This document shows positions 29,520-42,825 of a stretch of DNA of 64,000 nt, piece by piece. The position numbers were made by a program, and so were the translations under genes. The DNA is taken from contig OX597822.1 in the NCBI GenBank assembly GCA_951406725.2, positions 106,826,001 through 106,890,000 on the forward strand, read 5' to 3'. Origin of the DNA: Octopus vulgaris (Eukaryota). Each line of letters starts with the position of its first letter. Position 1 is the first letter of the stretch. Under the pieces are notes generated by a model. The model saw only the letters and a program-made list of their open reading frames with translations, made no database searches and was not told the DNA's origin.

Positions 29520-30436
29520 CTAGTAGTATCGCCCGGCGTTGCTCGGATTTGTAAGGGAAATAACTATATAAGCATTTTTAGAGAGTTATAGCCAAAAAAT
29601 AGCAAAAAATACATTAAAAATGGAAAAAAAATTATGGTAAATATTTTTTTAAATCGTTGACTCATCGTAGACATTTTTAGAGAGTTACTTCCCTTATATA
29701 ATAGCGAAAAAATGCATTAAAATGGAAAACAATGATGGTAAATTTTTTTAAAAATCGTAGACTCATCGTAGACGCGCGCTAATACCCACAAGGGCTCGAT
29801 ATGAATCACGACTATAAGATACCCGGTTTTGGTTAAACTGCGCCGCAAAATGTGGGAGTAGTTAGGAATCTAAATCGTTGGAGACAGACACACAACTTGA
29901 CTTTTATATATAAAGACTAGCAGTATCGCCCGGCGTTGCTCGGGTTTGTAAGGGAAATAACTATATAAGCATTTTTTAGAGAGTTACTTCCTTTATAGAT
30001 GCCAATTCGGGCTTTCTTAGCCGTTTCTGTTTTGGTGTCTTCAAGCCATGAAGTCGTTGTTCTAAAAGAACGCTGGTCTCCTTGACAACGCATTACGACG
30101 TTGATTTCCTTAAACTCCCTTCCCCACAGCTTCACGAGGGAGGGAAGAAGGGGGAGAAGCAAACACAGGTGCAGGTGTTTGAGCGTGGACGCCAACTCCG
30201 CCGCCATCGATACACGAAAAATTATGCATTAAAATGGAATAAAAAATGATGTTAAATTATTTTAAAAAAATCGTAGACTCATCGTAGACGCGCGCTAATA
30301 GCCAGACGGGCTCGATATTAATCACGACTATAAGATACCCGAATTTGGTTAAACTGCACCGCAAAATGTGGGAGGAGTTAGGAATCTAAATCGTAGGAGA
30401 CAGACACTCACACAACTACAGTTTTATATATATAGA
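29520..30436 (-). mobile_element. Head-to-tail dimer of non-autonomous Helitrons (29520-29916 and 29917-30436)
   Basis: On the minus strand each unit starts TC and ends CTAG. Junction CTAG|TC at 29917/29916. Outer flanks A and T. Homologous to 1611-2003. Confidence 0.88.
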
Positions 30437-31026
30437 TATCCTTCCTAATGCCAAATACTTTACAGCGTGTATTGCGTGCTGTCTTTACGTAGCACCACCA
30501 CTTGTGATGTTGCTTCGTAGCTTACAAGACTACAAACCATGAGTTATGGGGCATCCGATTAATTTACCAAACGTACATAGTTAAAATCGGTGGAATTCTC
30601 ATCACCGGCCATAACGAGAAAAAAAAAAATCTAAGTTGGTTCTAGCAGGATTCAAGCTTAAAATCGGAATAATCATAGCGAAATAATTCTTTCTGATTTA
30701 GATTTAAAGCCAGCAGATTTGATAGAAGAATGTTATCCGCTGTCATCGATATTTCTGGTACCATATTCTATTAGACCTGGAAGGATGGAAGGCAAAATTA
30801 AGATTTGAATTCAGAGCGTGAAAATAAGGAAGAAATACAGCACAGCACCTTTTCTTTTCTGATGCTCTAACGATTCTCTCAGCTCGCCACCTAGATAAGG
30901 TAAAGACATCTCTCCACCCACTAAAAAAATTCTAATTCAGGTACAAGGCCATCAATTTTTGGAGAAGGAGGTTATTCGATATCATCAGATGAAAGGTAAA
31001 GTGAAAATCGGCAGGATTTGAACTGA

Positions 31027-31083
<57 letters not shown>

Positions 31084-31156
31084 TAGATAAAACGGTAAGA
31101 TAACAAAAGAAAGAAAGAGACCTCAATATTATGTAAATAGAGGAAATTTATCTATA

Positions 31157-31332
31157 CAATATGTTACATTACTCGGTAGTCAAGATAAAACTCTGAGTTT
31201 CAGATGCCGAAGTGGAAATCCACAACACCATCTCTTCGGTTATAGCCAGATAACCGAAGAGATGGTGTTGTGGATTTCCACTTCGGCATCTGAAACTCAG
31301 AGTTTTATCTTGACTACCGAGTAATGTAACAC

Positions 31333-31336
<4 letters not shown>
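31157..31336. repeat. Near-perfect palindrome (87-bp arms, 6-nt loop), probably an inverted Penelope-like pLTR
   Basis: Arms 31157-31243 and 31250-31336 with one mismatch. Lies between (TA)n tracts that interrupt a decayed group B SINE. Confidence 0.9.
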
Positions 31337-31391
<55 letters not shown>

Positions 31392-31875
31392 GAAATTACT
31401 GCTATGTATTTTATCTGACACTCCAACGATTCTGCTAATCCAAGTAATCTGCGCTCTCGGTTCGATATCATGACAATGATAATGATGATACCCATGTTGA
31501 TGATGATAATGAGGATGATGATGACGATGGTAATGGTGATGATAATTTTTCTAAAACAGTTACAAATTTGTGGGAAAGGATTAGTTGATTAAATCCAGTT
31601 AGTACATCATTTTATTAGGCCCCAAAGAATGAAAAGCAAGTTGGCCTCGGCGGGTTTTGAACTGCGAACGAAAAGAGATGGACTATAACCTCAGGTTATT
31701 TTAGCCGACGTTCTAACGATTCTGTCAATCCGCTAATAACGATAATCTATTAGACTGGCAAACATTTTATAAATGTTTAGAAGAGAGGATTGAGTTGAAT
31801 TAATAGTCCCCGAGTAAACGAATGGTGTTTTACTGATCTTGGAGAAACAATTTATTGAACCCATCTCGGACTGGC

Positions 31876-32586
<711 letters not shown>

Positions 32587-33181
32587 TTTCACTATTTCTG
32601 TAATACTCTGTCGGTCGGCATCTCTCACTTAATCTCACTCTTCCTCTGGTTTGCTATTGCCCTTCAGTACATTCACCCACAGACCATTGCCATAATGAAG
32701 ACATCTATCTATAACATTGATTGCGGCCTATCCCATGTGATTAATTTCTCTTCTGCTGATAGTATTTATGACTCTTGTAATAAAATATATGTAAGTAATG
32801 CAATAAATCTAACCTAATTAGCAATCACTACTAAACGCTTATCTACTTTTGTTATAATTCAATCCAATCTGACTTAGTTTGTTGAAGCAGCTTTAGTGAA
32901 TCAAGTTTAATGTAATAAAGTATTTGTTTCTAAATTAATTAATTGATAAAAAAAATAAACGAAGTTAATAAGTAAAGTGGTCATTTGTTTCGTATGTTTC
33001 CGGAGTCAGATGAAAATGATAAAGAAACCAACTGAAAAAAATATTTAATAAAATCGAAAAATTCTCTTTGATGATTAATAACAATCAATGTCAGCTAATG
33101 AGATTATGAGAGATCGGCCATATTGAATGGTTTTTGAGAACCTGAAATAAATATAGGAATTTTAACACATACACTCGCACA

Positions 33182-33283
<102 letters not shown>

Positions 33284-34005
33284 AAGGAACTTCATAGACA
33301 TTGTAAATTCTTGTTGATAAGTTTGTGGTTGATTCTGATTGAATAAAGATACAATTAAAATCATTCCATTCGTAACCACCCCATTTTTTCACACATAATT
33401 ATATAGGACAACATTATCCAATGTCCCTCTCTCTATATTTTAAGATGTGATATTTAATAAAGATTTAGTTGCTATATCTAACAGTCGAGCAGCTGCGTGG
33501 TGGGTCACACGAAATACAACCTTACTTAAGATATCGTCTCTAGTTCTCTAGTTCCCTATTTTCAATCCTTGTTAAAGTCTTTCCCCACTCTCCTTATCAG
33601 AGGAAAAATTTAGGAATCCTGATCCCTTTTTCAAGGCTGTCGCGATGGGCCAGGTAGTGATGTTAAGCCAGGAGATGGATTAATTCTGCTACTTAAGCAG
33701 CAGTACATGTTCAATCCTTGGCATTGCCTTCCGTATTTTTTCCGTCACAAGCCTTTGGTTGTTATTAAGCCATAGCAGAAACAATTGTCCAGAGTACTGT
33801 GGTGCCGCAATGCCGCGATTCCACGATTCTTAACCACTGAGCCACTTACAGCTTTCACATTTTGTACGATCGCTTTCCTCTTTAATCCTGTGCATTTTAC
33901 GAAGACAGACTGATAGGCCAACTCTCACGTTTCCTTTTTATGAGAGAAAGATCCTTATTCTTAAGAAAAGGTGTTCAAGTTAGCGCAGTGTCCAAACGAA
34001 ACACT

Positions 34006-34227
34006 TGCTGGCAGAAACGTTAGCACGCCGGGCGAAATGCGTAGCCGTATTTCGTCTGCCGTTACGTTCTGAGTTTAAATTCCGCCGAGGTCGACTTTAC
34101 CTTTCATCCTTTCGGGGTCGATAAATTAAGTACCAGTTACGCACTGGGATCGATGTAATCGACTTAATCCCTTTGTCTTTTCTTGTTTGTCCCCTCTATG
34201 TTTAGCCCCTTGTGGGCAATAAAGAAA
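34006..34227 (+). mobile_element. SINE group B monomer
   Basis: Close match to the group B consensus. Confidence 0.88.
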
Positions 34228-35035
34228 TGCGTTATATTACTGTACCGTTTAATGTGAAAAATAATCAAGCCTTGCTCACTATTTACAGTGTGATAGACTC
34301 GGTTGTTGACGTTTAAACTATCTTGGCCTAAACCTCATGACGTGATGATGAAAACATTTGATTTCACAACACTTTCAACACATCCATCAATAATCCTGTA
34401 CATTAGGCAGTACAGTTAAAATTAATGCTATTATAATGGAGGTCATAGACTTCAAATATCGTGATTCAACATCAATACTAGTTGGAGGTCAGCTGAAAAG
34501 TGTTGAGTTTCTACTCCCCGTTCTTCGTACACTAGTGATTTCATTTACTGATATCAACAAAATATTGAAAAACCCGTCAGATTTCAAAGCAGGCGATACA
34601 CTTTAACACTTGAAGGAGTGACGTAAATCGATATTTCGAAAGGGTCAAAGATGATTGGTTTCCAGGATCAGCATTTATGTCTTCGTATTTAAAACGCTAG
34701 AGACTTGACGTAGTCGTTTCACCTACTAGAAACAGAAGCCAATCTCTCTGAATCTATACTCTACTGTTTTCAAAAGGAATAAATATACTGTTTAAATTAA
34801 TATTGAATATAATGTCAGAAAAAAAGGATCGTTTGGTCACGATTTGCATGCTCTGATCACGGTTTGAACGTATAATAAATTGTAGGGGTTTTGTTAGACT
34901 TCCTGATGGACTTTAAACTAACACTTCAAGCAATAATAAGTGGGAATTAGTAGAAACACTTCAAGTTTTTTTTTGTTAATTATCAGCTGAATCATAACGA
35001 TCCATAAACCTAATTCTTAATTCCAATTCCTGCTG

Positions 35036-35608
<573 letters not shown>

Positions 35609-35650
35609 ATATATATAATAGTTGTATCACCTCTAGGATCGGTAGATAGT

Positions 35651-35881
35651 CGGCGAGCTGGCAGAGCCGTTAGCATACTGGAAAAAAATGCTTAGCGGTA
35701 TTTCATCTGTCGCTACGTTCTGAGTTCAAATTCTGCCGAGGTTGACTTTGCCTTTCATCCTTTCGGGGTCGATTAAATAAGTAACAGTTACGCACTGGGG
35801 CCGATGTAATCGACTTAATCCGTTTGTCTGTCCTTGTTTGTCCCCTCTGTGTCTATCCTCTTGTGGGTAGTAAAGAAATAG
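35651..35881 (+). mobile_element. SINE group B monomer with TSD
   Basis: Direct repeat ggtagatagtcg at 35641-35652 and 35881-35892. Confidence 0.88.
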
Positions 35882-36564
35882 GTAGATAGTCGATTCTCGG
35901 TTACTTTTCCAGTAGCAAGAATTTTGCTCAATACTGCAATCTGTCGAAACTAACAATCTTCGCGGAGTTTTATTTAACAGCTCAGTCAATGAGAGAACGC
36001 AGTTCCAATAGTAATTTCGCTTTTTTTTTTACCCAAATGACTAGTGGCAGAAAGTGGGAAAGTTACCATCAAACTGAAGAACTAGTTCGATGGCTTGCGA
36101 CAATATAGACCCCTCCTCTAAATGTAGTATAAGCACAAGGTTGTGGTGGTTAACCAGACAATGTGTAGGATATGATTTTATTGGGACACTAACACTGGCT
36201 GATTATTAAATTGGGTTAAAGAAATAATCGCCAGTCTGAGACATTGATGTTCAGATGCTATAGTAGAAGACACTTGCTCCATGTATGCCACACAGTAGAA
36301 CCGAATCTAAAACCAAGTGCCCCTGAAGCAAACCTCTCTACCACATAGCCATACTTGCTCCTACGAGGGTGGGCTGAGAAGTTTATAGGCCGAATATGAA
36401 GTAATGATGTTAAGGCCGTGAAATCTAGCATGTATTGATTGCAACACTTCTTGTTAATAACCGCATTGTTTCTTTCCCGGTAAACTGACATTTCACTTTT
36501 CAAAGAAGACTTCAAAAGCAACTAGTAGCAACGTTTCTTGAAAATAGACACAATTTGGCATTGT

Positions 36565-36750
36565 GCCTACAGATTTAGACCCCAAGGGTATTCATGCCTA
36601 CAGGTTTAGACCCCAAGGGTATTCATGCCTACAGGTTTAGACCCCAAGGGTATTCATGCCTACAGATTTAGACCCCAAGGGTATTCATGCCTACAGATTT
36701 AGACCACAAGGGTATTCATGCCTACAGGTTTAGACCCCAAGGGTATTCAT
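36565..36750 (+). repeat. 31-bp minisatellite x6 expanded from the mariner ORF start
   Basis: Unit gcctacag(a/g)tttagaccccaagggtattcat, no spacers. Confidence 0.92.
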
Positions 36751-37936
36751 GGTGAAATGTTTGCTATTTTAAGGGATGACCTCCAGCTTTATCAGCATTG
36801 CAAAAGTGGGCAGCTGATTTTAGGAGGGGAAGGGAGAGTTTTGATGATGACCCAAGGTCTGGGCGTCCTGCAACAGCCACCACATTTTGCTCACCACATG
36901 ATGATCATGGATGACAGGCGACTGACCATAAATCAAATAGTCAATGCTGTTAGCAGATCCCATGAAAGAAAGAGTTGAGAATATTCTGTCTAATGAACTT
37001 GGCATGACGAAGGTTTCTGGACACCTGATCAAAAGCGAACCCAGCTGATTACATCACGGAAAAATCTGAAATTGTTTGAGAGGGATCTGGTTAGTTTCCT
37101 TGAACGCTTACCAAGCCAGGATGAGCGTTAGCTTCATTATTTTGAGCCTGAGACAATGAAGGCCAAATGGAAGCTATTCTCACCTGCTGCGAAGGCTAAG
37201 TTCGTTTCATCTGCACTGAAGGTGATGGCTTCAGTTTTTTTGGGGATGTAAAAGCATTGTGTTTATTTAGCCCTTCAGAAGGGCTAAATCATCAATAGAG
37301 AGTACTACGCCAACTTGCTAAAGCAGTTACGAAGGGCTGTTAACACCCAAAACTGACGAAATGGGTCTTGTTTCAACCGGATAATGCATCAGCAGACAAG
37401 TTCTTGGCTTCAATGATGACGATAATAATGATGATGCTGATGAGGATGACGACAATGATGATAGTGATGATGATGATCATGATGATGACGACGATGTCGG
37501 TGGTGGGGATGGGGGTGGTGTTGATAATGACGATGCCGATTCTGCTGATAATGATGACGATGGTGATGATGACAAAGATGATAATGACAAGGTTATTGTT
37601 CGTGATGATGATGATGGTGATGTTGATGGCGATAAGGCTGTTACTGATGGCTTCAATGGCTGCTGTGCGTAACTGTGATTTTGAACTGACGGACCATCGC
37701 CCCTATTCCTTTGATTTGGCCCCCAACTCACTATTATTTGTCCCCCAACATCAAAATACTTGGCGCGGAAGCAGTGTTGCAGCGATAATGACGTCATATC
37801 TATTTTGATGACTTTTTTTTAGTAACAGGTTGAAAGATTCTTCCCCAATGGGATCCAAACACTTTAACACCGATGGGATAAGAGTGCGTTGACCACCAGG
37901 GGGGACTATGCTGAAAAATAAACCTCATTCGTTCAC

Positions 37937-38102
37937 AGGCGCAGGAGTGGCTGTGTGGTAAGTAGCTTGCTAACCAACCACATGGTTCCAGGTTCAGTCT
38001 CACTGCGTGGCATCTTGGGCAAGTGTTTTCTGCTATAGCCCCGGGCCGACCAATGCCTTGTGAGTGGATTTGGTAGATGGAAACTGAAAGAAGCCTGTCG
38101 TA

Positions 38103-38171
<69 letters not shown>

Positions 38172-38402
38172 GTTTGTGTGTCTGTGTTTGTCCCCCTAGC
38201 ATTGCTTGACAACCGATGCTGGTGTGTTTACGTCCCCGTCACTTAGCGGTTCGGCAAAAAGAGACCGATAGAATAAGTACTGGGTTTACAAAGAATAAGT
38301 CCCGGGGTTGGAGTTGCTCGACTAAAGGCGGTGCTCCAGCATGGCCGCAGTCAAATGACTGAAACAAGTAAGAGAGTAAAAGAGTAAAAGAGTAAAAGAG
38401 TA
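37937..38402 (+). mobile_element. SINE group A, full length, nested in the mariner 3' end
   Basis: Consensus match with (agagtaaa)n tail. Confidence 0.92.
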
Positions 38403-38954
38403 ATTCCCTCAGAGTATCTCGGTCAGCCTATGAACTTTTTTTCAGCCGACCCACGTATTAAAAAAAATAAAGATTTTTGCGATGCCGGTCTAAAATGCTT
38501 TGCCTTATTCCCTATTGCATTGGTAGGTGATATATGATTACACCACTGCGAAAGACGCAGTATCAGTTCTCTTTTGCTAAAATGTCTGCCACATTTGTAG
38601 AGACAATAATAACTAGATTAAGACTCATCGAACCACGATTTGTGAGATAACGAATCAATCACTTGTCTGTGTATCTCACTGGACAAATCATTATCAAAAT
38701 CATTATCTTTCTTTCTTTCTTTCTTTCTTTCCTTCCTTCTTTCTTTTTACTTAAAACATTACATTACACCGGCTTTTATATAATTCAACACTAACCGTGA
38801 TCTCATGTGTGCCTTGTACAGTATTATCATCATGATCGACATTATTATAACTATTATTATTACAGTTTTAAAATAAACAATAAAAAACATAATCATCATC
38901 ACCATTTTTGTTGTCATTGCTGTTATAACAACAACAACAAAAACAACAATAAAA

Positions 38955-38984
38955 ATTATTATTATTATTATTATCATTATTATA

Positions 38985-39057
<73 letters not shown>

Positions 39058-39133
39058 ATATCATTACCATCACAATTTGAAAATAAATAAAAAATATTAG
39101 TTACTATCATTGTTGTCATCATTTTGTTGTTAA

Positions 39134-39212
<79 letters not shown>

Positions 39213-39350
39213 TAATGATATCATTACCATCACAATTTGAAAATAAATAAAAAATATTAGTTACTATCATTGTTGTCATCATTTTGTTGTTATCATCATC
39301 ATCATTATCATCATCATCATCATCTTTATTATTATTATTATTATTATTGA
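38955..39350. repeat. (TTA)/(CAT) tracts with a ~159-bp-period tandem duplication
   Basis: ttaatgatatcattaccatcacaatttgaaaataaat...ttttgttgtt occurs at ~39052-39131 and ~39211-39291. Confidence 0.85.
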
Positions 39351-39984
39351 CGTTTTATTATCTTCATCGTTATTACGCAAATGACACACCAGCTTTCAAC
39401 GAACAACAAACCACTAAACAACAACCGTTACTTTCTTTTAAAAATCTTCTTTTTTTTTTCGTCTGGCTTTTTTTTTCGTTTCTATCCCTAATTCCAATTA
39501 CTTCAAATTCAAGTGACAACTCAGAACTTTCCAGACAGTACTAATCCATCTCATTAGGTTAGTCATTCCTTTGTGACTATCAAAAAAAATAATGACACAG
39601 CCTCTTACTCTCACTCTCTCTCTCTCTAGCCTCCCTCCATCCCTCTGTTTCTCTCTCTATATTCACTTCATCATTTCTCCCACAATCTGTTTTCACTTAT
39701 ATCATTCACCTTATTCTCTCATCCTTATTCTCTCCACCTCAGCCTCTCTAACCATTCTCATCATTGATTGTTTTTTTTTTTTCGTTGTTGTTTAATAATT
39801 TCCTCATTTCTCCATTATTCTAATTTCATTATCGATTCCACGTTTCAATTACTATACACTTAAATTATACAGCTAATTCAAAAACATGTTGTTTAATTAC
39901 TTACGGCCATTTTTAAGCAGATGCACAATATCACCATTATTCTTTATTGTTGTTGCTATCGTCATAATAATGATAATAATAATG

Positions 39985-40150
<166 letters not shown>

Positions 40151-40507
40151 GAAGAAGAAGAAGAAGAAGAACTATGGACATAAGGCCTGAAATTTTGGAG
40201 GAAGCGTCCTAGTCGATTTTGTCGACCCCAGCGCTCGGTTCCGAGAATATGATAAGAAAGTCGACCTCGGCGGAATTTGAACTCAGAGCATAAAGACGGA
40301 CAAAACATCGCTTAGCCTTTTGTCTGTCGTGCTAACAATTCTGTCGGCTCACCTCCTTAGTTATCGTTTCCACTATAGGCACAATGCCTGGAATTTTTGG
40401 GAGGGGGATAGTCGTTTACGTCGACCCAGGTACTCAACTGGTACTTAATTTATCGACCCGAAAGGTTACGTAATAATTATTACGAAAGAACGTAATGATG
40501 ATGATGC

Positions 40508-40555
<48 letters not shown>

Positions 40556-40599
40556 TAATAATAATAATAAAAACAATAATAATAACAATACCAATGAGA

Positions 40600-41790
40600 A
40601 GAAGAAGGTCAAGGAAGTCAAGAAAGCTTCTAACGATGCATGGAGCCCATCATCCCCGTGTAGACACTGACAAGTGTGGAAGACTGCGTGCATATCGAAC
40701 TCGAGAGCTTAATGAGATACCTAGCTCAAAGTATGGAAACTTGCTAGTGATATTTAGGAACGAAGGAGTATTAAGAGCAGAGAAAAAAAGGGAAGACAAA
40801 GGAAGAAGTACAAACAGGACATAAAGAAGAATTACGAAAGAAGGGATTACACAATCAATTCCATGTAGCCACAACAGAAGTTGCTGGAAAAAATAGGTAG
40901 GATTGGCTGATGAAAGGAACCCTAAAAAGGAGACCAAGTGCACTATACTGGCAGCATAGGACTAAGCTCTGACCAGGAACTGCAGGGTCAACTTGAGGAA
41001 TGAGGAAGTGTCTCCATCGTGCCGCATCTGCAATAGAGTGGACGAAACCTTTACCCATATCACGAACGAATGCCCTAGACTTGCTCAAAACCACTACAGT
41101 TTGTGTCCACATGTTCAGGTAGCGAAAGGGCTACATTGAAAACTGTGCGAAAAGTGGGGGCAAGACGTGGTATGAGAGTGACGGAGTCGGAGACTATCAA
41201 AATCCTCCGAGATTTCCCAGTCCAAACAGTTCAGGTGCGGGATTATAACAGACCGGATCTAGTGGTGATGGACCACATATGTTATTAATATAGTTGATAC
41301 TATATAGTTGATGTTGCACGCCCCTTTGTCAATAGTCAAGAAGGAAGGTGAAAAGATAGATCGATACAACACTCTTAAGTACAAAAAGGCTCGGTTATGG
41401 AAGGTGAAGATAGTGTCAATCATTGTCGGGTCCTTGGGAACAGTATCAGAAGGCATCAAAAGGAATATAAAGGAAATTAGAAAAGAGTGCCCAGTTGAAC
41501 TGTCACAAAAGGTTTGCTTAGCTGGCAGAAACGTTAGCACACCTGGCGAAATGCGTAGCCGTATTTCGTCTGCCGTTACGTTCTGAGTTAAAATTCTGCC
41601 GAGGTCGACTTTGCCTTTCATCCTTTCGGAGTCGATAAATTAAATGCCAGTTACGCACTGGGGTCGATATAATCGACTTAATCCGTTTGTCTATCCTTGT
41701 TCTCTCTGTGTTTAGCCCCTTGTGAGTAGTAAAGAAATAGGTTTGCTTCATTGGGACAGCCAGAATAAAGAGGTAAGTATTAGATATGTA
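40600..41790 (+). pseudogene. Decayed Dong/R4-clade retrotransposon 3' half (thumb, CCHC knuckle, restriction-like endonuclease), split by a group B SINE
   Basis: RKLLTMHGAHHPRVDTD; CRICNRVDETFTHITNECPRLAQ; KILRDFPVQT...NRPDLVVMD; IVSIIVGSLGTV. SINE at 41520-41738 with TSD aggtttgctt. Preceded by (TAA)n. Confidence 0.85.
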
Positions 41791-41904
41791 AAGAGCGGAT
41801 AGCATGGTACTCTAGGCTGCAGGTAGTAAGCCCACTACGCATGCAAGACTCCAGGAGCTCCAACAAAACTTGTGGCAAAGAGAAAAGAACAACACCAATA
41901 ATAA

Positions 41905-42302
41905 TCCTTTTTGCTAAAGGCACAAGGCGTGAAATTTGGGTAAGAGGTTAGGTCGATTATACCGACCCCAGTGTTTTACTGGTACTTAATTTATCGACCC
42001 CGTAAGGATGAAAGGCAAAGTCGACCTCGGTGGAATTTGAACTCAGAACGTAGCGACAGACGAAATACCTATTTCTTTATTACCCACAAGGGGCTAAACA
42101 CAGAGGGGACAAACAAGGACAGACATAGGTATTAAGTCGATTACATCAACCCCCAGTGCGTAACTGGTACTTAATTTATCGACCCCGTAAGGATGAAAGG
42201 CAAAGTCGACCTCGGCGGAATTTGAACTCACAACGTAACGACTGACGAAATACCGCTAAGCATTTCGCCCTGGCGTGCTAACGATTCTGTCAGCTCGTTG
42301 CC

Positions 42303-42303
<1 letters not shown>
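41905..42303 (-). mobile_element. SINE group B two-unit tandem
   Basis: Two cores with the junction gacgaaatacctatttcttt near 42060-42078. Confidence 0.85.
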
Positions 42304-42370
<67 letters not shown>

Positions 42371-42372
<2 letters not shown>

Positions 42373-42785
42373 AAAAAATGCTTTCTAATTGATGTATCAA
42401 TACCGGCAGATGACAACGCGTCTCTAAAAGAAATGGAGAAACTCTCAAAATACAAAGACCTGGAAATAGAGGTAACCAGAATGTGGAATCTAAAAGCAGA
42501 AACAATTCCTATCATAGTAGGTGCATTAGGCATGATAAAAAATATTCAGACAAATACATAACAAAAACACCAGGACTTACAAACACATATAACATACAGA
42601 AAATTGCACTACTAGGCACTGCACACATCCTACGCAGAACACTTTCAATACAGTAACCATCAGTACATCACAACAAATCACAGCACATACCCAAGGCACA
42701 CAGAGCTGCGCTCGGTAGTGAAGTGAAAGTACTGGGCTTATATAAATAAAGTGTCACTTTGATGGCATGCACTGCTCTCTCACTC

Positions 42786-42786
<1 letters not shown>
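42371..42786 (+). mobile_element. Young Dong/R4-clade 3' end (RLE domain plus 3' UTR) inserted in (TAA)n
   Basis: [55 protein letters not shown]...IQKIALLGTAHILRRTL. (TAA)n on both sides. Confidence 0.88.

Positions 42787-42825
<39 letters not shown>

Larger units (their letters stand above)
36362..38458 (+). mobile_element. Full-extent decayed mariner transposon with nested insertions
   Basis: Ends ta|cgagggtgggctgagaagtttataggc and gcctatgaac...tcagccgacccacg|ta. Transposase motifs DDPRSGRP, LFQPDNA (HDNA) and HRPYSFDLAP (YSPDLAP). Many frameshifts. Confidence 0.85.

Noticed and set aside
36565-36750. CRISPR-like array of 31-bp repeats
   Set aside because: No spacers, no cas genes, eukaryotic context. 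It is a tandem minisatellite.
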